Source: a virus (taxonomy: Duplodnaviria > Caudoviricetes). Taken from it: a stretch of DNA of 52,067 nt. The position numbers were made by a program, and so were the translations under genes. Where the stretch lies: positions 1 through 52,067 of IMG/VR virus record IMGVR_UViG_3300037245_001762; one strand, given 5' to 3'. A model generated the notes under the pieces. That model did no database searches. It saw only the letters and a program-made list of their open reading frames with translations, and was not told the DNA's origin. Shown one piece after another: positions 29,304-38,755 of the stretch. Numbering within the stretch: position 1 is the first letter of the stretch; every line of letters begins with the position of its first letter.

Positions 29304-29576
29304 TTACTCGGACGACAACTCAACCGATGTCTTTTTTACTACATCCAACAGATTGGTAATTTTACCCTCCTTTGTCTCTACTTGAAGCCCGTGAAACATA
29401 TAATCATCCTCGTCTACTTTTTGGTGACTTGTCAGTGCTGATAATTCCTTGTACACTAGTTTTTTTATGGTGTTTATAAGAACTACCTCATACTCATTTA
29501 TATCAGAACCTCTTAAATTAACTAAAAGTTTCCTAATTCCCACTTCAAATTTACTAATTGTTGGACTTATATTCAA
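29304..29576 (-). CDS. Hypothetical protein
   Basis: ORF track. Confidence 0.45.
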   Translation of the reverse strand: MNISPTISKFEVGIRKLLVNLRGSDINEYEVVLINTIKKLVYKELSALTSHQKVDEDDYMFHGLQVETKEGKITNLLDVVKKTSVELSSE

Positions 29577-29628
29577 AATTTACTACCGTAATAATATATT
29601 ATAATATACTATATAAATGTTACGTTTT

Positions 29629-29986
29629 TTGGGTTCTGTGTAGTTGTCGAGACCTAAAACCTATTAATAGGCTGTTAATAGATTAGAATAAGTGAAGTAC
29701 AAAACTCAAGTAAAATGTAATGATTGTGGATTAATCTATTTTATTGAAGATGCTGATTGGTGTATTCATTATAATACTTGTGAAATTGGAACTAAATCAT
29801 GTCCACAATGTCATAATTGTATATGTCATGGTGAGACAAAAGACCAAATCCAAGCACGATTTACTAGGAATATAAAAATTGGGAAATTTGTAAAATCTCC
29901 TGTTGATTCAGGTAGACAATGGCAATGCAAAACTTTGAAAAAAATCAGAGTTGGTTCTTAGGTCTCTATAACTTCACAAAACCTAA
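29629..29986. mobile_element. Non-autonomous one-gene cassette bounded by 28-bp imperfect inverted repeats
   Basis: Reverse complement of 29629-29656 (TAGGTCTCGACAACTACACAGAACCCAA) matches 29959-29986 (TAGGTCTCTATAACTTCACAAAACCTAA) at 23 of 28 positions. Confidence 0.65.
29692..29961 (+). CDS. Cys-rich cargo protein of the inverted-repeat cassette
   Basis: CNDC, WCIH, CPQCHNCICH; opposite strand to neighbours; stop codon lies inside the right repeat. Confidence 0.65.
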   Translation: MKYKTQVKCNDCGLIYFIEDADWCIHYNTCEIGTKSCPQCHNCICHGETKDQIQARFTRNIKIGKFVKSPVDSGRQWQCKTLKKIRVGS

Positions 29987-30000
29987 TTTTGTCTACCGTC

Positions 30001-32688
30001 CTAGACAAATCTACGGACTCCAGTGATCGTTCTTAGAAATCCACCCTTACCACCTTCCGTATTTGTTATACTATACTCTATTTTTTTAGCTACCAACTTA
30101 ATAGTGTTCGTATTATTAAAGTCTGGAGAATCATCACTTTCAAACTCTACAGGAACAAGCCTTGGATTTCTGAACCAAAACGAGTCACCGAAATTAATAT
30201 CGAATCTACCTTGTGTGACTATATTATATTCAACCCTTGGGAATGTGGATTTTTCCAGTTCAGCAAATGCATCACTCTGTAATTGGAAATAGTCATTAAT
30301 ATCTGGTTTCTGCAAAAAGTCTCTCTCTATGACTCTATCGGTAGGCACTCCAGTATTTACTAGTAGTGGTTTCGTGAATCTGAATGCGTCTATGTATAGC
30401 TCTATTCTTCTGGCTGCCGCAGTATCACCACCTGCCAATATAAGACTTGCAAATTTACCAACATTCACATTGTTAATAGGGTCAGGACTATATCTTCCTT
30501 GATTATCATAACTGTCTTGTGTTTGGATTATTATATTCTTTATGTTTCTCCATTGGAATATATTTAATGCTTCTAGTTCTTTGATTGGTATAAATGACTG
30601 TAGTGGATTATTCAGTGGCCTCCTCGCTCTGTATGTCTCAAACGAATTAACAGGTAGGTGTATTGGTTCCCAGTGATTATTTATATTAAGTGCAAAGTCT
30701 TGGAAAACTTGATTATCACTCGTGTCTTGTATTATACATCTCATATTAAAGTTTGCTTCACTTGATGATCTATATTCATTAATAACAAATATTTGTGCAT
30801 TAATTTTCATCCAGAAATCCAGTGACGATATTTGTCCATAATCCTCAGAGCTTTCACCATTACTAAACCCTCGGAAACCATCATGTGTTAAATGCATGTT
30901 TTGTTGGTCTAATGTGGCAGGCTCTCTTTCAGCATCTGGTACACCATTTACAATATTTGCACCCCCATACAACTTACCTACACCCTCAGATATCCCCCCT
31001 TTTGTGGTTATTGGGAATGGAAATCTAAAATTTAACCATGCACCTACTTTGTAGAATGATTCAGGAAATAAAATATTTGATTGTGGAATAATATAATCAT
31101 ATCTTGCACGTATAGCAGAATTCTCATTTAATTCCGTATTAGTTTCCTGAGAACTCCCGGGTTGATTGGTTATACCATCATGTGGATGGAACGCATAAAA
31201 TGTGTTAAATGTTAAGAATTGTTCTGGTGTTTGAATCCACAATGTACCATTAAATGTGTATGGTCTACCTTCATCTATAACATTACACTCTAAATCATTA
31301 ACTGCCTCATATAACACCTGCCATTCGTTTCCAGTATATGTTGTTATGGAATTAGTATATGGCTTACTGTTACGATCATTACCGTTTCCAGTACCAAATT
31401 GATTTGTTGAAAGTATTCCCTCGGCTGTACCATCCACAAGAATTCTAAATCCTCTATATATTTCTGTACCACCGTACAAAAATGATGAATCAATTAATAC
31501 TGGGTTTGTTTCCCTAATATCCACCCATGTTGCTGAATAGTTGTCCTCATTATCAAAAATTACTATGTTTGAATCAAAACACCCTTCTCCAAAAGGACCG
31601 GTACTATCACGATCTGATCCTGCATTTCTCCATAAAAAGTCCTTATCAACAGTCCATGGTGAGTATTGTATTGTGTTACCATAGAAATCTAATCTGGTAA
31701 CCACATCCCAGAAAGCCAAATTTAGTGATGGTTTTAAGTTTAGATTGTTATTGATTAATGATTCATAGTGTATGCCTTCATCCTGTACGAATGAACCCAA
31801 CCCGTATGTTTCGGTGTCTACCCATTGTGGTTGTAATGGAAATCTTTGTTGTTTTGATTTATATTGTGAGTGCTGTATAGGTAAAGTACCTTGATCTACT
31901 GCACCCCAGGCATTTATCAGTGTGGCAACTTCTGCATCTATACCTCCCTCTGTCTCACCAGTATTTACGTTCTCTGTATCCTCTAATATCACATCACCGT
32001 TTTCACCTGATGGAAAAACATTTATTGTGATTTTATCATATAATGTGTCATCTGTGTCAAACTTTATCTCGTAAAAATCAAGTGCACCACCAACATCTAC
32101 TGATGAACCTAGCTTGTCCACAGTCTCCTGCATCCTATTATAAATTTGATCTTCGTTTATACCATATGCGTATATGCTTGTTTGGAAGCTGGCACCAGGT
32201 ACCTGATTGGTTGCATCTGTTGTCTTATGACCTGATAGTGTAGGTTGAAAACCTGTAATGTTTACATTATAACCATCTCCTAGATCTTGTATGACTTCTG
32301 CAGATCCCTCAAAGTAATGTGTTTTGGAATAATTTATTTTTTGTACATTATGTTCCTGACCTAACAATACAAGTTCGACTCTTGTTCCATCTGTGGAACC
32401 TTCACTAGGTATAATTCTTATTACCTCATAGACGTGATTGTATGTACCACCACCTACATTGGAACTAAATGCAGTTATCCTTATATTGTCATATCTGTGT
32501 ATGAGTGGATCTTTAACTAAGAATTTCCCTAGAGAAGCATCCAATATGAGTTTAGCATTATTAACCTCACTTGTGCCCTGATCTGTAAATAACGGTATGC
32601 CTATAACAGATTCCGATATGTCTGTTTCTACCTGTGTATTAACATCAAAATGTTTTACAACATAACCCCATACAAATTGTGAACTCAT
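30001..32688 (-). CDS. Baseplate hub / tail tip protein
   Basis: 895 aa at the end of the tail cluster; hub-like C-terminus (INFGDSF...KKIEYSI); internal carbohydrate-binding-like W...TY..G..V...G..Y. Confidence 0.55.
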   Translation of the reverse strand: MSSQFVWGYVVKHFDVNTQVETDISESVIGIPLFTDQGTSEVNNAKLILDASLGKFLVKDPLIHRYDNIRITAFSSNVGGGTYNHVYEVIRIIPSEGSTDGTRVELVLLGQEHNVQKINYSKTHYFEGSAEVIQDLGDGYNVNITGFQPTLSGHKTTDATNQVPGASFQTSIYAYGINEDQIYNRMQETVDKLGSSVDVGGALDFYEIKFDTDDTLYDKITINVFPSGENGDVILEDTENVNTGETEGGIDAEVATLINAWGAVDQGTLPIQHSQYKSKQQRFPLQPQWVDTETYGLGSFVQDEGIHYESLINNNLNLKPSLNLAFWDVVTRLDFYGNTIQYSPWTVDKDFLWRNAGSDRDSTGPFGEGCFDSNIVIFDNEDNYSATWVDIRETNPVLIDSSFLYGGTEIYRGFRILVDGTAEGILSTNQFGTGNGNDRNSKPYTNSITTYTGNEWQVLYEAVNDLECNVIDEGRPYTFNGTLWIQTPEQFLTFNTFYAFHPHDGITNQPGSSQETNTELNENSAIRARYDYIIPQSNILFPESFYKVGAWLNFRFPFPITTKGGISEGVGKLYGGANIVNGVPDAEREPATLDQQNMHLTHDGFRGFSNGESSEDYGQISSLDFWMKINAQIFVINEYRSSSEANFNMRCIIQDTSDNQVFQDFALNINNHWEPIHLPVNSFETYRARRPLNNPLQSFIPIKELEALNIFQWRNIKNIIIQTQDSYDNQGRYSPDPINNVNVGKFASLILAGGDTAAARRIELYIDAFRFTKPLLVNTGVPTDRVIERDFLQKPDINDYFQLQSDAFAELEKSTFPRVEYNIVTQGRFDINFGDSFWFRNPRLVPVEFESDDSPDFNNTNTIKLVAKKIEYSITNTEGGKGGFLRTITGVRRFV

Positions 32689-33242
32689 TAGAATCTCAAC
32701 ACTGTCCAGTCATATGACGGTGAAGTTGATGTGCTTCCGGGATCACCAACAAATTTAAACTCTGCCTCAAAATCAGCCTTGCTAGGCCATTCACCTGTTT
32801 GTATCCATGTCCAGCCAACCAATAACAACCCCCTTGACTGTTCAGGTCTTGTAGGAGATGTAGTCCCTGTACTAGCAGGTACAACATTATGAGATGTTAT
32901 GTTATCTAATTCTAATCCAAAATTACCTTTGGTAAATACATCATCTTGTTTTGCTTCTATTAGCCACTCTTTTACAAGTTGGAATATATCATTATTTTTT
33001 GGGTTCTCTATATGCCCTGTTATTGTAAATGTTAGTGAATCTATACCAGTGTCCTGAAATTCATTAAAAGCTTGTTTAGGTCTAGGATTCTCTGAAAAAC
33101 CCACAATCCACCCCAATGTGGTGTCCCTCATGTGTTTTCCGTCTGCTGTGTTGGTAGGTGTAAATTCTATGACTTCACTGGAATCTGACCTTTCACCTAA
33201 TCCGGCTATTGCAATACTTGATCTCCAAATAAAGCTAGACAT
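32688..33242 (-). CDS. Distal tail (Dit-like) protein
   Basis: Position between the tape-measure candidate and hub; QDTG...FTITG. Confidence 0.4.
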   Translation of the reverse strand: MSSFIWRSSIAIAGLGERSDSSEVIEFTPTNTADGKHMRDTTLGWIVGFSENPRPKQAFNEFQDTGIDSLTFTITGHIENPKNNDIFQLVKEWLIEAKQDDVFTKGNFGLELDNITSHNVVPASTGTTSPTRPEQSRGLLLVGWTWIQTGEWPSKADFEAEFKFVGDPGSTSTSPSYDWTVLRF

Positions 33243-33274
33243 ATTCTATATAAATGTATCGTTTTATATAAACA

Positions 33275-33964
33275 TTAAAAAATGTTTTTGGATAGTATTT
33301 CTTGGTCTTCACTAAGGAAAGGTGTACCTCTTTTTGCCAACTGTTGTGGGTTAAATAACTGTGTGGTTGGACCTCTCAATCCTGCTCTGGTTGTAACTAT
33401 GAGAGTACCATATCCTTCTGAGAGTTGTTTTGCCTCTTTTCTGTTTGTGAGTTTTAAGAACTGTCTTGATATTCTTAAATTAAGTCGTCTGTCAAATATA
33501 CCACCATCTCTAAACAACTCCTTCATGATCAAATCCATTATCCCTTTAGCAATTAGAATTGGCCCTATAAACGGTACAAGTTTTAACGCAAATCTGGCTA
33601 TACCTGCTTGGCCACCTGTAACAAAACCTAACAAACCCCGTAGTTGTTTCATTTGCTCATCCGCTGTTTTTTGTGCTTTTTGGAGAGATGTCAGTTCTTT
33701 TTTCATCTTTTTAAATTGGTTCTCCTTTATTACAGCCTGTCTTGATGTTTTATCCTTTGGTTTTAGTTTTCCTTCTGGTTGACCACCAAATATACCACCC
33801 CTACGTTCTCCTTGGTCAGCTAGTGTAGGTATAGCTTGTTTGGATGTCTTGTCTTTGGCTTTTTTGTTTTCCTTATTTAATAATTTTAGTTCTTTTATGG
33901 ATTTTTGGACATCCTTACTCATTACGGTGTCCACCTCGATCGGAATTATTATTGGATCTGCCAT
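33275..33964 (-). CDS. Short tape-measure-like protein
   Basis: MAD..IIPIEVD N-terminus, coiled coil, G/A-rich amphipathic segment; position in tail cluster. Confidence 0.35.
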   Translation of the reverse strand: MADPIIIPIEVDTVMSKDVQKSIKELKLLNKENKKAKDKTSKQAIPTLADQGERRGGIFGGQPEGKLKPKDKTSRQAVIKENQFKKMKKELTSLQKAQKTADEQMKQLRGLLGFVTGGQAGIARFALKLVPFIGPILIAKGIMDLIMKELFRDGGIFDRRLNLRISRQFLKLTNRKEAKQLSEGYGTLIVTTRAGLRGPTTQLFNPQQLAKRGTPFLSEDQEILSKNIF

Positions 33965-33977
33965 TATTTATCACCCA

Positions 33978-34457
33978 CTATAATTTTTCTATCTGCAACC
34001 AATTATTTGTCTCCTCCACTATACGTCTTTGTAACTGTTCTCTATTCTGTTCCCAACCTCTCTCCATAATTCTGTATCCATCTGTGCCTGGATGGTTTAC
34101 TTTCTTTCTATAAATAAACTCTCCTGAGATGTCTTTCCACTGTAGATAGTCCGAACCACCATTTATTTTTCCTTTTGCTTCTATTATGTGTGGGTCTGTA
34201 CCGTTCTCTAAAAACTCATGTAGTGGCTCACCATCGGCTCCCTCATAGTCCCACATTAGTTGTGTTTTCAAAAAATCAACCTTTTCTATGGTTATAGCAT
34301 TTTGTGCATTTTGACTAAGACCTACCTCTCTAGCTAACCTTCTTGTTGGTTCCAAAATAACTTGTTCAGACCAGTCTAAAAGATTTTCGTCTATGAATTG
34401 ATCAACACGTTTTTCCGCATTTTCCATACGGTTAATTGCATGTAAGAGATCTGTCAA
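33978..34457 (-). CDS. HK97 gp10-like tail completion protein
   Basis: FLENGTDPHII...KKVNHPGT...MERG. Confidence 0.6.
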   Translation of the reverse strand: MTDLLHAINRMENAEKRVDQFIDENLLDWSEQVILEPTRRLAREVGLSQNAQNAITIEKVDFLKTQLMWDYEGADGEPLHEFLENGTDPHIIEAKGKINGGSDYLQWKDISGEFIYRKKVNHPGTDGYRIMERGWEQNREQLQRRIVEETNNWLQIEKL

Positions 34458-34903
34458 CTAATATCGGAAGCAGCATTAAAACTAGTTAGCCTAATCAATA
34501 AGTCATATTTTAAAGCACCTTCCGCCTCCCCTATTAATTCAAAGTTTTCCAACATTCCTAGCATCGTCCATGTCTGTGTTATACCTGCAAAGTCAACAGT
34601 TTTAATCTTCCATGTAATTATAGGTAATTGTAATGTGTTAGGATCTACAGTTGCAATTAATTGATATCCACCTGTGTCGGTTATCATATCCTCTGAGAAT
34701 AACAAAGTACCACTCAAAGTACCGTTAAGTGCACCTGTATAAGCAACAACACCTGCTGATGTGGTAGGTTCTATCAATACATTCTGTGAGGGATTTAAAT
34801 TCTTTGTCTGTAATTCTATATACTCTAAATCTGTTCCAGATGGTCTTATAAAGATCTTTGTTGCTCTAGTATTTACTAGTGTAGTAGCTGAACCGACACT
34901 CAT
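34454..34903 (-). CDS. Tail tube protein
   Basis: 149 aa; IEPTT, GTLSGTL, WKI, G.L..FE beta pattern. Confidence 0.5.
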   Translation of the reverse strand: MSVGSATTLVNTRATKIFIRPSGTDLEYIELQTKNLNPSQNVLIEPTTSAGVVAYTGALNGTLSGTLLFSEDMITDTGGYQLIATVDPNTLQLPIITWKIKTVDFAGITQTWTMLGMLENFELIGEAEGALKYDLLIRLTSFNAASDIS

Positions 34904-35187
34904 ATATATGTGTTGTTATTCTATTATTTAACTATTTAAATACGGTGTGCATTCAAACTATCTATAGAATCATATAATTTACACATATAAATCTAGTTTT
35001 TTAATGGTCTTAGTTCTGTTGCAAAGTCAGTAATACTCTCATACACTTTTGCAGGTTTTATTGTACCATTTTTCATTTTTTGTGCAGTTTCAAAAATGTT
35101 TCTCATTTTTTCTTCTTTATTGGTTATCCAGTTTTTTGATGATTTACTTCCCATAAAACAATAATGATTTACTAGTTTATAAACATT

Positions 35188-36069
35188 TTAGGAAGTAGTC
35201 AATGTTTTTGGTTCTAGTAGTTTACCCATAACTCTGAATATTGTATTACCGTTGGCTCTGTATATCTCCTTTACATTATCTACTGTGATTTTTAATGAAT
35301 TTTTGATGGTTATGGTGGTCGGTGTCTCGTCAGTTTTATCCGTATATATGAATGTTATAGTTGCCTTTTCACCATTGTCGTTAAGCAGGTTTAATTGATT
35401 TAGTTTGTCACCTGTAGTTCCTAGATCACTATCATCGACTCTTACATTTGTAATAAATGAACCCTCAAATCCACCGGAATATCTGTTTGGGTTAGGACTA
35501 ACTGTCGTGAATTCATCGAAGTCTCTATACCCTGACGTTATATCTGTATTAAATACCTTTGAATATTGGTAATCAAGTATTGGTGGACTGTCCACGTTTG
35601 ATTGACTAACATCAAAAACCAATATACCATCTGGTGTGGATGTTACACCAGTTATTTGTCTGGCTTTTATAGTTAACGTACTAATCACATATGGTCTTAA
35701 TTCATTATTTTGGTAATCTCTTGACCACTCTCTTTCGTTTATTGTAAGTTTATGTTCAAGTATAGGTGTATTTTCCAGAACCTCTAATATTTCCTTCTCT
35801 AAATTTTCCAATGTGGATATAGTATTTGTCTGACCTGTAGTGCTGCCACCACGAAGTCCTAAATATATCTTCACATCAAAACTTCGTACGAAATTAGTAT
35901 CCTCTTGTGTTGCTGTATTACCGGTTGGTGTTTCCAGTAATAACACACACGGGTATCTTATTCTGGATTGTGGTAGTTGAGTTTTGAAAAACCGTGTTGG
36001 TATAAGTGTAGATAAGGAATAAGTTCCAGCCTTCAGTGCATCAAGGATGGAATCCGTAGATATAGTCAT
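35188..36069 (-). CDS. Tail terminator-like protein with second domain
   Basis: N-terminal ILDALKA..RYPCVLL..FDVKIY pattern of terminators. Confidence 0.4.
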   Translation of the reverse strand: MTISTDSILDALKAGTYSLSTLIPTRFFKTQLPQSRIRYPCVLLLETPTGNTATQEDTNFVRSFDVKIYLGLRGGSTTGQTNTISTLENLEKEILEVLENTPILEHKLTINEREWSRDYQNNELRPYVISTLTIKARQITGVTSTPDGILVFDVSQSNVDSPPILDYQYSKVFNTDITSGYRDFDEFTTVSPNPNRYSGGFEGSFITNVRVDDSDLGTTGDKLNQLNLLNDNGEKATITFIYTDKTDETPTTITIKNSLKITVDNVKEIYRANGNTIFRVMGKLLEPKTLTTS

Positions 36070-36095
36070 ATATATACCTTATGTGGAGGGTTTAT

Positions 36096-36449
36096 TTAAC
36101 TTTTAAATACACTGTGTATAATTGAATAATCTAGTAATGGTTTCATTACGATAACACACTCATCTATGATAGATTTATTATCTTTGTCACTAAATTGAAG
36201 GGATTTATCCAGAGGAATTAATTTCTTATGCCATATAAGTGGTTTTATTACTTTGTAAGATTCTTTATCCTCTTGTAATATTCCATCATTTAATGCTTTA
36301 ACTATAGAGGGACTTTTGGTTTCCCACACGGTGACCGTCCAGTAATAATATATTTGAGATAATTCTGTGTATTTTCTATTCCATCTTTTCAAGATGGGAG
36401 ACATTGATGGAGGAGGAGCTGCTTCTATCACGTTGTTTGTTATTTGCAT
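36096..36449 (-). CDS. Hypothetical protein
   Basis: ORF track. Confidence 0.45.
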   Translation of the reverse strand: MQITNNVIEAAPPPSMSPILKRWNRKYTELSQIYYYWTVTVWETKSPSIVKALNDGILQEDKESYKVIKPLIWHKKLIPLDKSLQFSDKDNKSIIDECVIVMKPLLDYSIIHSVFKS

Positions 36450-36527
36450 TACTTCAGTGTTATATAGTGTCTAATATATATTTTATTATAACATATACTA
36501 GACCGAAAGATGTGTATAATAAAAAAA

Positions 36528-36686
36528 TTAATTTGGGATCTTAGGAATGAATTTTTTAAGAGTGTCACCTATTATACTACTACGGGACGTATTCTTTTTA
36601 ACTGTTTTTTGTAATATTACATAGTCATCCAGATCGTCCAATATGTCACCAGGTAGTGTAATTGATATCCTTTTAATCCTTGTCAA
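36528..36686 (-). CDS. CopG/RHH transcription regulator
   Basis: Manual: MTRIKRISITLPGDILDDLDDY...SRSSIIGDTLKKF. Confidence 0.7.
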   Translation of the reverse strand: MTRIKRISITLPGDILDDLDDYVILQKTVKKNTSRSSIIGDTLKKFIPKIPN

Positions 36687-37185
36687 CGGATATGCTCCTC
36701 TGTTTTAGGATGTGTGTCTGTACTTGTTCTAAGGTTTTTGCCCAAAAGTCCTTGTCATAGGGACACGTATATGGTTTTCTACCAACCAACCATAATAATT
36801 CTGTAGTCCCTTGTATGGTTGTATCATATAGTTTTTTGAACTTGTCTATGTTGATTTTTGTGGCTTCATATATGTATTGGTATTTATGGCCTTTTATAAC
36901 CTTTGTTTTTTCAACATGCCCATCCGCATAATTGGTTTTATACTCTAATGGTACACGTTCACCATATGTTGATGATTCCTCATCATTATCTACCTCCATT
37001 CTATATATAGGTTGTTCTACTAGACCCACCCATGTACCTTCACCGTCCATGTTTATGTCATCATATGAGTGTTTTCTTCTTACATATGCAAACAAATATT
37101 CTTTCTCTCCATGTCTGGTTCTTGTTATGGATTGTGCCCAATGGTCTTCCCATATAAAATTTTTGTCATTCTTTTTGACTGCCAT
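36673..37185 (-). CDS. Hypothetical protein
   Basis: 170-aa ORF with own promoter. Confidence 0.55.
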   Translation of the reverse strand: MAVKKNDKNFIWEDHWAQSITRTRHGEKEYLFAYVRRKHSYDDINMDGEGTWVGLVEQPIYRMEVDNDEESSTYGERVPLEYKTNYADGHVEKTKVIKGHKYQYIYEATKINIDKFKKLYDTTIQGTTELLWLVGRKPYTCPYDKDFWAKTLEQVQTHILKQRSISVDKD

Positions 37186-37313
37186 ATAAATGTTACTATA
37201 ATAGTAATACTATATAAGTATTTAATAGGTATTATCATAGTGTTATCCGTGTATATATTTTTACAACTATCTAACACAGTAAGTTTATATTACAAACTAT
37301 ATGTGAAACAAAT

Positions 37314-37418
37314 ATGTTCCTTGAGATACTTATAGGCATGTTCGGTGCAGTGATTATATCTTCAATCATATGGCATGTGTTTCTCACCACACATTATTCA
37401 ACTAGTCCTAAAATCTAG
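37314..37418 (+). CDS. 34-aa single-TM peptide
   Basis: Manual: MFLEILIGMFGAVIISSIIWHVFLTTHYSTSPKI; TTTATATTA box upstream. Confidence 0.5.
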   Translation: MFLEILIGMFGAVIISSIIWHVFLTTHYSTSPKI

Positions 37419-37487
37419 AGAAATCCAGAATCTAAAACACATTATCAATAATAACATTTATATTATATTGTATCACCCAAGTCTATT

Positions 37488-37778
37488 ATGGTAAATACCA
37501 ATGATGCGAAACAGCTTCGTAAGAATATCAATATTCGGGGAAAACTAGAGAATTTTTCTGAGATTAGATCAGTGAATCTAAAAGATGGTAGAACTATCAA
37601 TGTTAGGGATGTGAATCTTACAGACGAGGCTGGTTTTGTAAAACTAACTTTATGGGGTGACGACTGTGAGAAATTTAATGCCGGTGACGAAGTAGAATTG
37701 GCTAATGGTTATTCTAACGAGTTTAAAGGTACAATTTCACTAGCAAAGGGAAAGTTCGGCACTTTAGAAAAGGTATAA
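37488..37778 (+). CDS. ssb: Single-stranded DNA-binding protein (single OB fold)
   Basis: RSVNLKDG, LTDEAG.VKLTLWGDD, GDEVELANGY.NEFKG..SL..GKFG. Confidence 0.88.
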   Translation: MVNTNDAKQLRKNINIRGKLENFSEIRSVNLKDGRTINVRDVNLTDEAGFVKLTLWGDDCEKFNAGDEVELANGYSNEFKGTISLAKGKFGTLEKV

Positions 37779-37869
37779 CCGACAACCTATTTTTTATATA
37801 TAAACATTGTTATTTTGTATATATAAACATTACGTATATAATATATAGTGATGTGATGTATAGTATAAT

Positions 37870-38064
37870 ATGAAAATAGAAATACAAGTAACTTTAGAAA
37901 AAGATGACGGGTATAGATTAACAGATGTTGAAGAGATGGTTTTTGATTTCTTAAACAAGGAATTTTACCTAACCAGTGAAAGAAATAATGAAAAAAGCTA
38001 TAAACAAATTTATCATAATCGTAAACGAAAAACTAAACAACGTGAGCCATGGGAATATATGTGA
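37870..38064 (+). CDS. Hypothetical protein
   Basis: ORF track. Confidence 0.35.
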   Translation: MKIEIQVTLEKDDGYRLTDVEEMVFDFLNKEFYLTSERNNEKSYKQIYHNRKRKTKQREPWEYM

Positions 38065-38312
38065 TAAATAATATGAACCAAAACTTTCCTAGAATAGAAG
38101 AGGGGATTGCATTAGTTGAAGCTGGTAATGTCATTCTTATGAGACATCCTACATCTGTAGTACATTCCTTAGATGAGAAAAGAATATACCGTGTCAATTT
38201 CATTGATAAAACATGTGATTGCCAAGATATGCAATATAACCATGTTAAATACTGTAAACATCTATATGCCTCTATGATGAAGGCGGGAGTGTATTACATT
38301 AAAAGTAATTAG
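38049..38312 (+). CDS. SWIM zinc-finger protein
   Basis: YRVN....CDCQD......CKHLYA. Confidence 0.75.
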   Translation: MGIYVINNMNQNFPRIEEGIALVEAGNVILMRHPTSVVHSLDEKRIYRVNFIDKTCDCQDMQYNHVKYCKHLYASMMKAGVYYIKSN

Positions 38313-38367
38313 AACCACACCAGAAATTACATAAAGGTTTATATTATACTATGTCACATCTTGCATT

Positions 38368-38661
38368 ATGCAAGACGACTGGGTGGATAAATCATACAAG
38401 TCAAGGACACCAATTACCATTAATGATGGTGAAATACAAACACCGTTAAATAACTACACAGCACGTATAAATGAAGTATTTCCGGAATTAGTTGATATGC
38501 CAATAAAGAAGTTAAAATTTGCTGGAACTGACAAAGAATTATTAGAGCACCGCATTGAGAATTTTGATAAGGATACTCGTAAATTAAATGTGTTAGTAAA
38601 AGTACCAACTATTAGTGATGGTGATATTATATATATGTACTTTAATAAAAAATATTTCTGA
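38368..38661 (+). CDS. Stand-alone DUF2341-like domain
   Basis: Aligns by eye to the inner module of 13873..16053 (ITIN, IENFD/IEEFD, VKVPTISDGD/VKMPTISDAD). Confidence 0.65.
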   Translation: MQDDWVDKSYKSRTPITINDGEIQTPLNNYTARINEVFPELVDMPIKKLKFAGTDKELLEHRIENFDKDTRKLNVLVKVPTISDGDIIYMYFNKKYF

Positions 38662-38755
38662 TTATAGAAACCTGATCTAACCACTCTTGTGGTATAAACA
38701 CATTATACCCGTGTATGAATTTGTTACTATTTAAATCAAAAAAAATAAAAAAAGG

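Noticed and set aside
37332-37410. Cloverleaf-like fold
   Set aside because: Lies within a convincing 34-aa transmembrane ORF and lacks tRNA consensus bases
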